A DNA stretch of 64,000 nucleotides from Acidimicrobiaceae bacterium (GTDB lineage Bacteria; Actinomycetota; Acidimicrobiia; Actinomarinales; Actinomarinaceae): the NCBI GenBank assembly GCA_028404505.1, contig JAOOBM010000004.1, forward strand, positions 552 to 64,551. The letters run 5' to 3'. Shown here piece after piece: positions 36,255-46,335 of this stretch. A model generated the notes under the pieces. The model was given only the letters and a program-made list of their open reading frames with translations. It had not been told where the DNA came from and made no database searches. A program made the position numbers and the translations under genes. Each line of letters starts with the position of its first letter. Position 1 is the stretch's first letter.

Positions 36255-37012
36255 AGACCTAACCTAAAATTTATAAATTTAGAATTAATAATATATCTAA
36301 TATCTTTAAAGTAATTTAAGTTTGTTGAGGTTTTGTGATTTTTTTCAGTCGTTATAAATGTTGGTTCGGCCCAAAAAGAATTTATATTTAATTTTCTAAA
36401 TAAGTCATTCATCCACATATCAGGTGCATGATTAAATGGTAAGTAATTTTGATATAACTTCTCAGCAGTTTCATAATTTAAATAATAAAACTGTGCTGAA
36501 CGTGATCCCCCGTGAAGAAGAATGTATCCATTTTTATCATACGTTACTTCATTATTTTTTTTGTAAATTAATTTACTACTTTTGACGGTTTCTTCGCCTG
36601 TATAGTCAAAATTCAAATATTTTTGATCTGATTCAAATACAATATTCCAATCATCAGGAAGTTCGTTATGATACTGTTCTATTCTTTTATAAATATTACC
36701 TTTTATATGACCAACATTATCTTCCATTATTATGGCGTGAGAATATTTATTTTTTACAATATCTTCTAGTGCAAGATAATGTTTGTATGATACCGCAATC
36801 CATCCGTCTTTAATTACTTTGTTGTTGATTCTAATTTTTTTTTGCACAGCAACTTTTTTTATATCATATGTAAGTTCGTTTTTATTAGGATGATTTATGA
36901 ATTCTATATCACTTGTTGGTACTTTACTATTTCCAAGTTGATTTAGTATATTTTTTTTTCTTTTTTGCTCAAGGTTATGAATGATATAAAATTTTTTTGG
37001 ATACATAGTCAA
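36251..37012 (-). CDS. GT25-like glycosyltransferase
   Basis: 253 aa. FYIIHNLEQKRKKNI at the N-terminus, GWIAVSYKHYLALEDIV and AIIMEDNV follow GT25 (LPS beta-glycosyltransferase) motif order. Confidence 0.5.
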   Translation of the reverse strand: MTMYPKKFYIIHNLEQKRKKNILNQLGNSKVPTSDIEFINHPNKNELTYDIKKVAVQKKIRINNKVIKDGWIAVSYKHYLALEDIVKNKYSHAIIMEDNVGHIKGNIYKRIEQYHNELPDDWNIVFESDQKYLNFDYTGEETVKSSKLIYKKNNEVTYDKNGYILLHGGSRSAQFYYLNYETAEKLYQNYLPFNHAPDMWMNDLFRKLNINSFWAEPTFITTEKNHKTSTNLNYFKDIRYIINSKFINFRLGL

Positions 37013-37936
37013 TTAAAATATATGATTCATAGTAGTTTTAATGGCACCATAAAAAAATTTCAACTTATTAATTAAATTGATATCTTTAGATTTAATGATA
37101 TTAATTATTTGTGGTATCTCGTGTTTTTTAAATTTTAAAGTTACATGGTACGAATTTTTAAATAAATTTTTATAAGCTTTTTGATAGTTATTTGAAATTT
37201 TATTGAAAACAAATCCTAGATACCATGGTTTTTTGCTTCCTGCGTAATGAAGAAAATAAATCTTCTCATTGGTTAAATTAATACCATCAGAAGATGTGTA
37301 GTTTAAGCTACGTGGAATCTCCAAATACTTTCCGTCGAAATACATGTTCATTACATCTTGGTCCCAATATTTTATATTTTCATAATTAACTTTCATAAGA
37401 TCAATTAACTTTTCTCCGGTATTTTCACTTAACCATTTTTGATAATCTATCACTATCATTCCAGCATTAAAATATCTTTCGCCCTTTAATGACAGAGTTT
37501 CAAATAAAGTTGAAGTTGTTCTTGTTCCTTCAGTTAATCCAGCTAATGGGAGCTCATTACTTTGTAATTCTTTAAAGATTAAATCTAATTCATCTTCTGG
37601 ATTTTCTAAGCAAATAATGTCAGCATCTACATAAACAAGAAAATCTAAATTTTCAGGAAGATAATTATCTATGAACATTCTAAAGTAGGTAGCATATGTG
37701 ACATGGGAATCATTTAAATTTGGAAAGTCATATTCGGTATTATCAAATCTATAAATATTCAAACTGTTCAAATTTTTCTTATTTTTCAATTTTTCTTCAA
37801 ATTTTTTAAATGAAGAAGGGTTGTCATGAACTATATAGATATTTATATCATTATTAAATTTTTCTAAAATCGAATGTATTGATACAGCTGCCTGAACATT
37901 GTAATTACTATCAAAGCAGTAAAGAATATTAATCAT
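37013..37936 (-). CDS. GT8-family glycosyltransferase
   Basis: 307 aa with INILYCFDSNYNVQAAVSIHSI, FLVYVDADIICL (DxD), YFNAGMIVIDYQKW, WDQDVMN and HYAGSKKPW. Confidence 0.85.
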   Translation of the reverse strand: MINILYCFDSNYNVQAAVSIHSILEKFNNDINIYIVHDNPSSFKKFEEKLKNKKNLNSLNIYRFDNTEYDFPNLNDSHVTYATYFRMFIDNYLPENLDFLVYVDADIICLENPEDELDLIFKELQSNELPLAGLTEGTRTTSTLFETLSLKGERYFNAGMIVIDYQKWLSENTGEKLIDLMKVNYENIKYWDQDVMNMYFDGKYLEIPRSLNYTSSDGINLTNEKIYFLHYAGSKKPWYLGFVFNKISNNYQKAYKNLFKNSYHVTLKFKKHEIPQIINIIKSKDINLINKLKFFYGAIKTTMNHIF

Positions 37937-37957
37937 ATTAAATTAACCTTAGTATTT

Positions 37958-39043
37958 TTATATTTCTAATATCTTCATTAGATTTTGATTAAATAATTTT
38001 GTGTTGTAATGATTTAAAATTTTAGCTTTTGCATTTTTTGCAGTCGCATTTAATTCTTTTTTTGTTTCTAGTAAATTATTAATTTTTACAATCCATTCAT
38101 TTAAGTCTGAGGGAAGCAAATAAAGTTCCGAACCATCTTTAAAATTGTTTGGATTCCAGAATCCTTCTGTATCAGTAATTATTACAGGGGTTCCACATGC
38201 CATGGATTGAAGACATACACTTTGACCAGATGGTTGAATTGTATTTTTTAGTGGAATAATTGTTAAGGAAGAGGAGTTATAAAATTCTCTGATCTTTGTA
38301 TCTGGAACCAGATTAGAGTGCCAATCTCCGTTAAAAATTTCAACATTATCAAAATTTAATTCCTCATTTGTAATTCTTTTTGAAACAACTTTGAAATTCA
38401 AATTTGGTAAAGCTATAACTAGTTGTATTAAAAAAGAATAATCTCTATTTAAATCATTACCAACAAATAATAAGCTCTTATTGTCATCTTTAGTGTCTTT
38501 CAAATCACTCCAAAAATCTATATCAACCCCAAACGGAATATAAAACAATAATTTTGTTTTATCTGGATACCTTTTAATTGCAGTTTCGTACTCTACTTCG
38601 CTAATAAAAATAATTCTTTTTGTGAATTGAAATAAGTACTTCATTACTAATCCATAAATGAAATTATTTTTCCCACTCAGTAATCCCATTGCAAATACAT
38701 TTATATTTATATTTTTATTTTTTAATTTTGGAAGTAAATACAAGAAACTTAATAATATTTGTTGGTTTCCAAAAAATAATTCCTGACTATCAAAAATTCT
38801 CTTCCTTCCTGAATTTGAAAATTCATTTACGAAATGAATACCGAGTCCTGAAAACTTAGTAAAGATTTTTGAAAGAAATAATCTAAATTTATTTTCTATT
38901 CTTTGAACTTCAATTAATTCTGTGTCATACGATTTTTTTAATTCAAAATATCCATAATACATTTCTTCTGCAAATGTCTGATTGTCAGTAATTTTACTTA
39001 ATCTTCCATCTCCAAATATATATGTAATTTTTGTATCTTTCAT
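37958..39043 (-). CDS. GT4/GT1-type (GT-B) glycosyltransferase
   Basis: 361 aa with LFVGNDLNRDY and QPSGQSVCLQSMACGTPVIITD. Confidence 0.7.
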   Translation of the reverse strand: MKDTKITYIFGDGRLSKITDNQTFAEEMYYGYFELKKSYDTELIEVQRIENKFRLFLSKIFTKFSGLGIHFVNEFSNSGRKRIFDSQELFFGNQQILLSFLYLLPKLKNKNININVFAMGLLSGKNNFIYGLVMKYLFQFTKRIIFISEVEYETAIKRYPDKTKLLFYIPFGVDIDFWSDLKDTKDDNKSLLFVGNDLNRDYSFLIQLVIALPNLNFKVVSKRITNEELNFDNVEIFNGDWHSNLVPDTKIREFYNSSSLTIIPLKNTIQPSGQSVCLQSMACGTPVIITDTEGFWNPNNFKDGSELYLLPSDLNEWIVKINNLLETKKELNATAKNAKAKILNHYNTKLFNQNLMKILEI

Positions 39044-39045
39044 TT

Positions 39046-39906
39046 TTAAATATTCATATTTTTAAACAAAGTAATCTCCCTAAATCCAGAAGATATTAAT
39101 GGTTTGAAACCAATATTGATTAAAAATGAATACACTTCAGGTGTAGTTCTTGCATTGTCAATACCTTTTTCTGCACCATGATCAACAGATACATATTGCG
39201 TATCTAAAAGAGTTTTTTCAGCTCCTCTCAATATTTTTTCCTCATGTCCTTCTCCATCAATTTTAATTAATTTTACGTTTTGAAAATTAAACTGATCAAG
39301 CCTTTTTGTTTTTATCAAATAAGAATTTTGTGAATTATTATCCTCAAGCGAAGTATCTGCACCAACTGAATCAATGTATAATTCTTTATCCTCTTCATTG
39401 TCAGACAATGCAACGCAGTGTTTACTACCATTTGCAAATTTATGATTTTTTTCTAGTGCAGAAAAAATTTCCTGATCTGGTTCAAATGCTACATAGTTTA
39501 TTAAGGGGAATTTTTTTATAAAGTATGGACATAGTTCTCCAACATTTGAGCCACAGTCGATTATGGTGTCTTCATTTTTAAAATCTAAATCTTCCAATAC
39601 GTATTCTTTAGCTAATTTCTTTGATGCATTTAATATACCACCAAGCATTCTTGTAAATCTATGATTTGTATAATAAAACTCACCAAAATCATCTTTTACT
39701 ATAAAAAAATTGTCTTCATAACTAACTTTTACTTTTACAAAACTCAATTTATTAACAAAAAAACAAAACTTTTTTGGACTTAGAATTTTTTCTAAAAATA
39801 CAAAAAGTAAACCAATAAATAGATAATATAACTTTTTTGATTTACTTAAAGATGAAATATCTAAATTGTTAAGAATATAGGTTGGTGTATTGATTAAAGC
39901 TGGCAT
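39046..39906 (-). CDS. FkbM-family methyltransferase
   Basis: 286 aa with IIDCGSNVGE, VAFEPDQEIFSALEKN and LIKIDGEGHEEKILRGAEKTL. Confidence 0.7.
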   Translation of the reverse strand: MPALINTPTYILNNLDISSLSKSKKLYYLFIGLLFVFLEKILSPKKFCFFVNKLSFVKVKVSYEDNFFIVKDDFGEFYYTNHRFTRMLGGILNASKKLAKEYVLEDLDFKNEDTIIDCGSNVGELCPYFIKKFPLINYVAFEPDQEIFSALEKNHKFANGSKHCVALSDNEEDKELYIDSVGADTSLEDNNSQNSYLIKTKRLDQFNFQNVKLIKIDGEGHEEKILRGAEKTLLDTQYVSVDHGAEKGIDNARTTPEVYSFLINIGFKPLISSGFREITLFKNMNI

Positions 39907-39984
39907 AATTCATTCAATTATAACTGTAACCCAACAATTCAATTAAAGACTATAAAATAAATTTGATAAATATAATATATAGCT

Positions 39985-41103
39985 GTGAAGGTATTGCTCA
40001 TATTTACCTATGAATATTCTTTAAAAACATGGGAAGATTCTGGAACTCTTAGTAGAGAATTATCAATCTATAAAGAATTAGAAAATACTTATGGTCACAG
40101 CTTTACTTTTTTGACCTATGGGGATGAAACTGACTTGGACTGCAATCTTGAAGGAACAAACATAAATGTTGTCCCGATTTATAAATACATTAAAAAATCA
40201 AAAATAAAATTTATTAATTTTATAAAAACTTTTTATTTTGCATTTACTTATAGGAAAAAATTTAAAGATATAGATCTAATAAAACAAAATCAGCTTTTAG
40301 GATCTTGGGTTTCAATTATTCTAAAAGTTTTAAATAAAATTCCACTGTTTACAAGGACTGGATATGACATGTATAAATTTAGTCTCGAACAAAATAACAA
40401 AAAACTAATTCATTTTCTTTATCTTTGTCTAACAAAATTTACAATAAAATATTCAGATCTTTACTCACTTTCAAATGCCGAAGATTTAAATTTCTATAAA
40501 AAACAATACTCACTAGATAAATTCATCCTCAGACAAAATTGGGTTTTATCTGTGGAAACGAGTGATTTCGAAGATCGTAAAAAAAATAAAATATTGTCAG
40601 TTGGAAGGTTAGAAAAACAAAAAAATTTATTCTATACCCTTAATGAGTTGTCAAAGTTTGACTTTGAAGTAGATATTGTAGGTGAAGGTAATGATTTAGA
40701 TGAATTAATAAAAGAATCAAAAAAATTAGATATAAAGGTAAATTTTTTAGGAAAAATTTCAAATGAAAATCTTATAAACTTATATTCAAATTACAAATAT
40801 TTTATATCATCTTCTCTTTATGAAGGCCACCCTAAAACAGTAATTGAGGCTATGTCATCAGGATGTATAGTTTTTTTATCTAACATACCAAATCATGTTG
40901 AACTCGTTGATGATGGGGTGAATGGATTTATTTTTGATCTTGAAACAAATAAATTAAGCAACAAAATTAAAACCGTTTTAGATAACAATTATGATTTAAA
41001 ACAAATATCTAATAATGCAATAAATTCAACACGTGAAAAATTTAATCTTCAAAAAATATCTAATCAAGAAAATGAAGATTATAAATTTCTTAAAAAATTA
41101 TAA
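39985..41103 (+). CDS. GT4-family glycosyltransferase
   Basis: 372 aa, GTG start, with VGRLEKQKN and LYEGHPKTVIEAMSSGCIVFLSNIPNHVELVDDGVNGFIF. Confidence 0.8.
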   Translation: MKVLLIFTYEYSLKTWEDSGTLSRELSIYKELENTYGHSFTFLTYGDETDLDCNLEGTNINVVPIYKYIKKSKIKFINFIKTFYFAFTYRKKFKDIDLIKQNQLLGSWVSIILKVLNKIPLFTRTGYDMYKFSLEQNNKKLIHFLYLCLTKFTIKYSDLYSLSNAEDLNFYKKQYSLDKFILRQNWVLSVETSDFEDRKKNKILSVGRLEKQKNLFYTLNELSKFDFEVDIVGEGNDLDELIKESKKLDIKVNFLGKISNENLINLYSNYKYFISSSLYEGHPKTVIEAMSSGCIVFLSNIPNHVELVDDGVNGFIFDLETNKLSNKIKTVLDNNYDLKQISNNAINSTREKFNLQKISNQENEDYKFLKKL

Positions 41104-41110
41104 ATAGCTT

Positions 41111-42916
41111 TTATTTTACAGAATTTAAGTAGCATTGTAATACAAACATTTTCCAGTATCTTAATGAATTTATCCTTGATTTATACTTATATAAATTGTT
41201 AATTTTATCTTTTTTGTCTTTAAACAAATCAATCCCTTCAAATATTGTTTCTTGAAAAATATTTAAATTATTTTTTATATAATTTTCTACATTGAATACA
41301 AAACCCATTTTTTTTCTACCTAAAAATTCATCATTAAAATCATCACTTAATAAATTTTTTAAAATTTGTTTTCGTCCTTTACCTATATAATCTTTTTCAT
41401 CTGTTGAAAATATATATTCAATTAATCTATGATCAACAAATGGTGACCTTACTTCAAGAGAGTTGGCCATAGAGGTTCTATCTACTTTCATCATCATTTG
41501 TTCTGACAAATAAAAACTATACTCAGTATGCATTAAGTTTTTATAATCGGTGAAGTCCTTAGAAATAAATTTTGAAGAAAAATTTAAAGAATTTTCAATA
41601 CCTAATATATTTAACAATTTTACATCTTCAAAGAAAGATGCATAAGCAAAAGATTTATTTGATGAGTTTTTTGCAATGTTTGCACCTGTTCCTAGATATC
41701 CCGGGTAAAGAGAAAAAATTAAATTAGTTATATTCTTATTTAGGTTTAAAGAATTCATTACCTGATCAGTTCTTACATAACCAAAAGATAACTCATCTCC
41801 GCCATCCCCCGAAATTGCAACTTTGTATTTTTCAGAAATTAGTTTGGATATAGTAAATGAAGGAACTACTGATGGATCTGCATATGGCTCATCAAAAGCG
41901 TCTAATGAATCTAAAACAAGGTTATTTAATTCATTTTCATGAATATTTTTTAGGAAATGATTAGTTGAATATTTTTTTGAAACAACATTTGCCCAGATAG
42001 ATTCATCGTATTTTTTATCATCATATCCTACTGTAAAAGTATTCGTCTTACCCTCAATTAATGACTGTAATTTAACAATTAGGGTGGAATCAATACCGCC
42101 CGAAAGAAAATTCGCAACAGGGACATCTGAGATATTTCTTAAACGAACAGAATCAATTAATAATTCTTTAAACTTATTTTGGTTAAATTTATCATTTCCA
42201 TAACTATCATTTAAAGACCAGTAAAAATTTTCACTTTTTTGGAAAGAATTTGAGAGATCAAAAGTGATTACTTGACCAGGTTCGACCTTGAAATAATTTT
42301 CAAAGATTGTATTTGGTGAGGTAACAACACCCAAATTTAAATATTCAAAAATTGCTTTTTCACTAATAGAGTCTTTTTGGATCAACTTATTTAATGATTT
42401 TAAATTTGAGCTAAATGCAAAAGTTTCATTATCTTTGTAATAAAACAATGGTTTTTGTCCTAATCTATCACGTATTAAATAAGCTTTATGATTCCTTGAA
42501 TCAAGAAAGAATATTGAAAATTGACCTACAATTTTATCCAAAAAACTTAAACCTTGGTCTGATAATCCATTAAGCACAACTTCTGTGTCCGAGTGGTCTG
42601 TAGTGAAGGTTATATTTTTTAGCTCTAGGCTCTTTCTTAATGAAGCATGGTTAAAAACTTCACCATTGAACATAATTAAATTTCCAAAATGGTTTGATAA
42701 CATTGGTTGATTGGCTAAATCTGATAAATCAATAATTGAAAGTCTATTAAAAATAAACGAAAAATTTAAATCTAAATTCATATTTAATTGTTCACGGGTA
42801 GTGCCTTGAAAATTTGTTTTTTGATCTGGACCTCTACAAATAAGGCAATGGTTTGCTTCGTCTATTAAATCAGGATCAATGTTTAATTTTGAAAAACTAC
42901 CAATAAATCCACACAC
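41111..42916 (-). CDS. asnB: asparagine synthase (glutamine-hydrolysing) family amidotransferase
   Basis: 601 aa with MCGFIGSF (Cys2 nucleophile), FNGEVFNH and PP-loop FLSGGIDST. Its location in a glycan cluster suggests uronamide or other sugar amidation rather than Asn supply. Confidence 0.8.
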   Translation of the reverse strand: MCGFIGSFSKLNIDPDLIDEANHCLICRGPDQKTNFQGTTREQLNMNLDLNFSFIFNRLSIIDLSDLANQPMLSNHFGNLIMFNGEVFNHASLRKSLELKNITFTTDHSDTEVVLNGLSDQGLSFLDKIVGQFSIFFLDSRNHKAYLIRDRLGQKPLFYYKDNETFAFSSNLKSLNKLIQKDSISEKAIFEYLNLGVVTSPNTIFENYFKVEPGQVITFDLSNSFQKSENFYWSLNDSYGNDKFNQNKFKELLIDSVRLRNISDVPVANFLSGGIDSTLIVKLQSLIEGKTNTFTVGYDDKKYDESIWANVVSKKYSTNHFLKNIHENELNNLVLDSLDAFDEPYADPSVVPSFTISKLISEKYKVAISGDGGDELSFGYVRTDQVMNSLNLNKNITNLIFSLYPGYLGTGANIAKNSSNKSFAYASFFEDVKLLNILGIENSLNFSSKFISKDFTDYKNLMHTEYSFYLSEQMMMKVDRTSMANSLEVRSPFVDHRLIEYIFSTDEKDYIGKGRKQILKNLLSDDFNDEFLGRKKMGFVFNVENYIKNNLNIFQETIFEGIDLFKDKKDKINNLYKYKSRINSLRYWKMFVLQCYLNSVK

Positions 42917-43027
42917 AATTAAATGTTAATTTGATTTAAATGTAAAAACTAAATTTTATTTTTTAATTTTGTAATTAAAAATTTTATAATTAAATAGTTT
43001 TATAACTTAAAATTAAAATGAGCGTAT

Positions 43028-43954
43028 ATGAAAAAAATTCTCATTTTAGGCAGCAATGGAATGGTAGGAAAGTCCGTTGTTAATTCTTTTGAAAATAGTA
43101 CACACTTTCAAGTAATAAAATCAAACAGAGATGATACTGATTTATTTAATTTTGAAGAAACAAATAAATTAATATCTGAAACAAATCCGGATATATTGGT
43201 TAATGCTGCAGCAAAAGTCGGTGGCATTGTTGCAAACAACCAACAAAGAACAGAATTTTTAATCGAAAATTTAAAGATTAATATCAATATTTTAGAATCT
43301 TGTATCCCATTTAATAACATAAAAATAATTAATTTAGGAAGTAGCTGTATTTATCCATTAAACGCAAATAATCCAATCTCTGAAACTGAATTTATGAATG
43401 GAAAGCTAGAACCAACTAATTCACCTTATGCAATGGCAAAATTAACTTCGATAGAGCTTGGTGATGCAATGCATAAACAATACGGTCACGAAGTTATAAA
43501 TTTAATGCCAACAAACTTGTATGGGCCAAATGATAATTTTTCAGAAGTAGATAGCCATGTAATCCCCGGTCTTATGTTCAGAATGGAAAAAGCTAAGAAA
43601 GAAAATAATCCTACTTTTAGTATTTGGGGAAGTGGAGAACCGTTGAGAGAGTTTTTACATGTTGATGACTTATCAAACGCTATAAAATTTATTGTTGAAA
43701 ATGAAATTAACGATAATTTAATAAATATTGGAAGTGGTGATGAAGTCAGTATTAAATCAATTGCTGAAACAATAAAAAAAGTATCTGATTACAAGGGGAA
43801 TTTAAGTTTTGATATTACGAAACCAGATGGAAATCCAAGAAAACTTCTTGATTCATCAAAAATTTTAAAGTTAGGATGGAAACCAGAAATATCTTTAAAT
43901 GATGGTTTAGAAACTACCTACAAATGGTTTAAAGAAAATATAGTAATTATTTAG
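43028..43954 (+). CDS. fcl: GDP-L-fucose synthase (GDP-4-keto-6-deoxymannose 3,5-epimerase/4-reductase)
   Basis: 308 aa with ILILGSNGMVGKS, AAAKVGGIVANN, LGSSCIYP, LEPTNSPYAMAKL and MPTNLYGPNDNF..DSHVIPGL, closely paralleling E. coli Fcl. Confidence 0.88.
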   Translation: MKKILILGSNGMVGKSVVNSFENSTHFQVIKSNRDDTDLFNFEETNKLISETNPDILVNAAAKVGGIVANNQQRTEFLIENLKININILESCIPFNNIKIINLGSSCIYPLNANNPISETEFMNGKLEPTNSPYAMAKLTSIELGDAMHKQYGHEVINLMPTNLYGPNDNFSEVDSHVIPGLMFRMEKAKKENNPTFSIWGSGEPLREFLHVDDLSNAIKFIVENEINDNLINIGSGDEVSIKSIAETIKKVSDYKGNLSFDITKPDGNPRKLLDSSKILKLGWKPEISLNDGLETTYKWFKENIVII

Positions 43955-44978
43955 TAGGACTTTCCCAAGTTGGAGAGATTAAATTGTTTTCTAGTAATAC
44001 TTTCTCCTGTTTTGCAAGTTCAATATCAGAATCAACCATCATCTCAACTAAATCAGAAAAACTTGTTTTTATCTTCCAATTAAGTTCTCTTTGAGCTTTA
44101 GAACTGTCCCCAAGTAAAAATCCTACTTCATTGGGTCTATAATACTTTTCATCACTAACTACATAATCTTCCCAATTGAGATTGACTTTTTCAAATGACA
44201 ATTTTAAAAACTCTTTTACAGTATGTGACTCTCCAGTAGCGAGAACCCAGTCATCTGGTAAATCATGTTGCATCATTAGCCACATTCCTTCAACATAATC
44301 ACCAGCAAATCCCCAATCTCGAGAAGCTGACAAATTTCCTAAAGTAAGTTTACTTTGAAGACCACAACTTATTCTTCCCACTGCTCTTGAAATCTTTCTT
44401 GTGACAAAAGTTTCTCCTCGATGTGGTGATTCATGATTAAATAGGATTCCATTCACAGCAAATAATTCATAGGATTCTCTGTATACTTTTGTCATTTCAT
44501 GAGCAAATACTTTTCCAACCGCATAGGGACTTTTAGGTATGAATTTTGATTCCTCGTCAAGCTTATTTTGATCAACACCGCCGTACATTTCAGATGATGA
44601 AGCTTGATAATATTTGATTTGTTTATCAGAGTTTTTAATTGCTTCAAGTAATGCAACCGGTCCCACTGTGCTAGTTTGAGATGTGTAAAGAGGGTTCTTA
44701 AATGATACTGCAACATGAGATTGTGCTGCCAAATTATAAATCTCATCAGGTTGAATATTGTTTATCAGATTAGTTAACGAGGTTGAATCTAACAAGTCTG
44801 AATAATGTAAGGATAATTTCTCTTCTTTTACATATTGGGATATTAAATTATCAATTCTTGAAGTATTTATTGAAGATGATCTCCTAATTGTTCCATGGAC
44901 CTCGTAGCCTTTTTCCAGAAGTAGTTTAGATAAATAGTATCCATCTTGACCAGTTATTCCAGTTATAAATGCTTTCAT
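43947..44978 (-). CDS. gmd: GDP-mannose 4,6-dehydratase
   Basis: 343 aa with AFITGITGQDGYYLSKLLLEKGYEVHGTIRRSSS, YQASSSEMYG, SPYAVGKV, GILFNHESPHRGETFVTRKI and GNLSASRDWGFAGDYVEGMW. Confidence 0.9.
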   Translation of the reverse strand: MKAFITGITGQDGYYLSKLLLEKGYEVHGTIRRSSSINTSRIDNLISQYVKEEKLSLHYSDLLDSTSLTNLINNIQPDEIYNLAAQSHVAVSFKNPLYTSQTSTVGPVALLEAIKNSDKQIKYYQASSSEMYGGVDQNKLDEESKFIPKSPYAVGKVFAHEMTKVYRESYELFAVNGILFNHESPHRGETFVTRKISRAVGRISCGLQSKLTLGNLSASRDWGFAGDYVEGMWLMMQHDLPDDWVLATGESHTVKEFLKLSFEKVNLNWEDYVVSDEKYYRPNEVGFLLGDSSKAQRELNWKIKTSFSDLVEMMVDSDIELAKQEKVLLENNLISPTWESPTK

Positions 44979-44997
44979 ATACTCACTCTAATTAATC

Positions 44998-46335
44998 TTA
45001 AACTCTATTATTAAAGAAATTATCTTTATGAGAAATCATGCCAATAAAGAAATAAAAGATTAAAGGGAAGTGAGCATTTTCCATAGACGCATCAAAAAAG
45101 GAAGCAAGAAGTATCGGAAAAACTATACTCATAAATGAATAATTTTTATAGGTTGCTTTGAGAAAACTGATTATTGATAAAATTAGAAAAAAGTAAATTG
45201 TAAAGTGAAAAATGCCACCTCTTGCAAAAACATTTAAAAGAAAATTATGAATATTTTCGTTGAGACCATCATCACCAGCTCGTAGAGGATCATTCATTGC
45301 TGGAATTTTTTCGTTAAATCCGTATCCACTTAAGAAAAAATTTTGATTATTCATGTCAAATATTACATCTTGCCAAATTTGGAACCTCCAATTTAAATTC
45401 GAGTCAGAAGAGTATATTCTTCCATCGGAAATAAATATTGGAATGAACTCAGCTTCTTTATCAGGTATTCGATAAGTCGCTAATTCTGTAACTGTGCTTC
45501 CAACCTGGTCAATTTGAACCTCGTTTTCTGTAACAATAAAGCTTGAAATTAAAAATATAATTACTGAGACAAAAATGATTGCAAAATTTCCTAACCAAGG
45601 TTTTTTAAAACTTTTCCTTAGTCTAAATATTTCAATTACAAAAAAAATCGAAAAAGCTATAAACGCGCCTCTACTTTTATAAAGTAGTAATGGTAAAAAT
45701 AAAGAAGATGCAATAAGACAATAAATTAGGCTATACCTTCTATTTTCAAAGAAGCGATTAATAAAAAACAGCAAAACTATAGTCATTATTAAAATGTCTG
45801 AGCCTTTATGAGGCTCATACTTATCAGAAATAGAAAGAAAAAAATCCATAATTCCTTGAGGAAAATCTAATACTGCGTAAGTGTAGAGATATATTAAATA
45901 AAAACCTACAAATAGAGGTAGAAGTTTACTTACAGACATATCCTTGCAAATAAGAATCCCTAAATATAAAAATCCAATTGACCAAATATATGAACTAGAT
46001 TTAAAAGTATAAGTCGATGTAAATGAACCATTATTTAAGAAAGTTAAAATAATAAAAGAGAAAATTAATAAAATGTTTGTGTAAAGTAAACTTTTAGGTA
46101 CGAAGCTCTCATTTTTATCTTTTCTCCAACTTAAAAGTATAAAAAATAACATTGTAAACATTGAAAATACCATTGATAATTCACCAACTCTAAATCCGAA
46201 AAATGATATTCCTACAAATGATCTGGAAAATAGAAATACAAAAATAAAGAAAGAAAATATTCCATAAGTTAATATTTTCATAAAATATTTACTAAGTTCA
46301 TCTATAGATTTAAGGTTTAATAATTTGTTTTTCAT
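44998..46335 (-). CDS. O-antigen ligase/polymerase-like (Wzy_C-type) membrane protein
   Basis: 445 aa, polytopic, with LLLYKSRGAFIAFSIFFV and NIHNFLLNVFARGGIFHF. Alternative start M19 at 46281. Confidence 0.55.
   Translation of the reverse strand: MKNKLLNLKSIDELSKYFMKILTYGIFSFFIFVFLFSRSFVGISFFGFRVGELSMVFSMFTMLFFILLSWRKDKNESFVPKSLLYTNILLIFSFIILTFLNNGSFTSTYTFKSSSYIWSIGFLYLGILICKDMSVSKLLPLFVGFYLIYLYTYAVLDFPQGIMDFFLSISDKYEPHKGSDILIMTIVLLFFINRFFENRRYSLIYCLIASSLFLPLLLYKSRGAFIAFSIFFVIEIFRLRKSFKKPWLGNFAIIFVSVIIFLISSFIVTENEVQIDQVGSTVTELATYRIPDKEAEFIPIFISDGRIYSSDSNLNWRFQIWQDVIFDMNNQNFFLSGYGFNEKIPAMNDPLRAGDDGLNENIHNFLLNVFARGGIFHFTIYFFLILSIISFLKATYKNYSFMSIVFPILLASFFDASMENAHFPLIFYFFIGMISHKDNFFNNRV

Noticed and set aside
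36951-36959. Homopolymeric tracts inside glycosyltransferase genes, considered as possible phase-variation switches. One example is a T9 run at 36951-36959 (A9 on the coding strand) near the 5' end of the GT25-like gene. Other A/T runs of 8 occur around 27281, 30730 and 60463.
   Set aside because: A/T runs of 8-9 are frequent throughout this extremely AT-rich, Lys/Phe/Asn-rich sequence, including in housekeeping contexts. All the ORFs concerned are intact. Without population data showing length variation, this is background composition.
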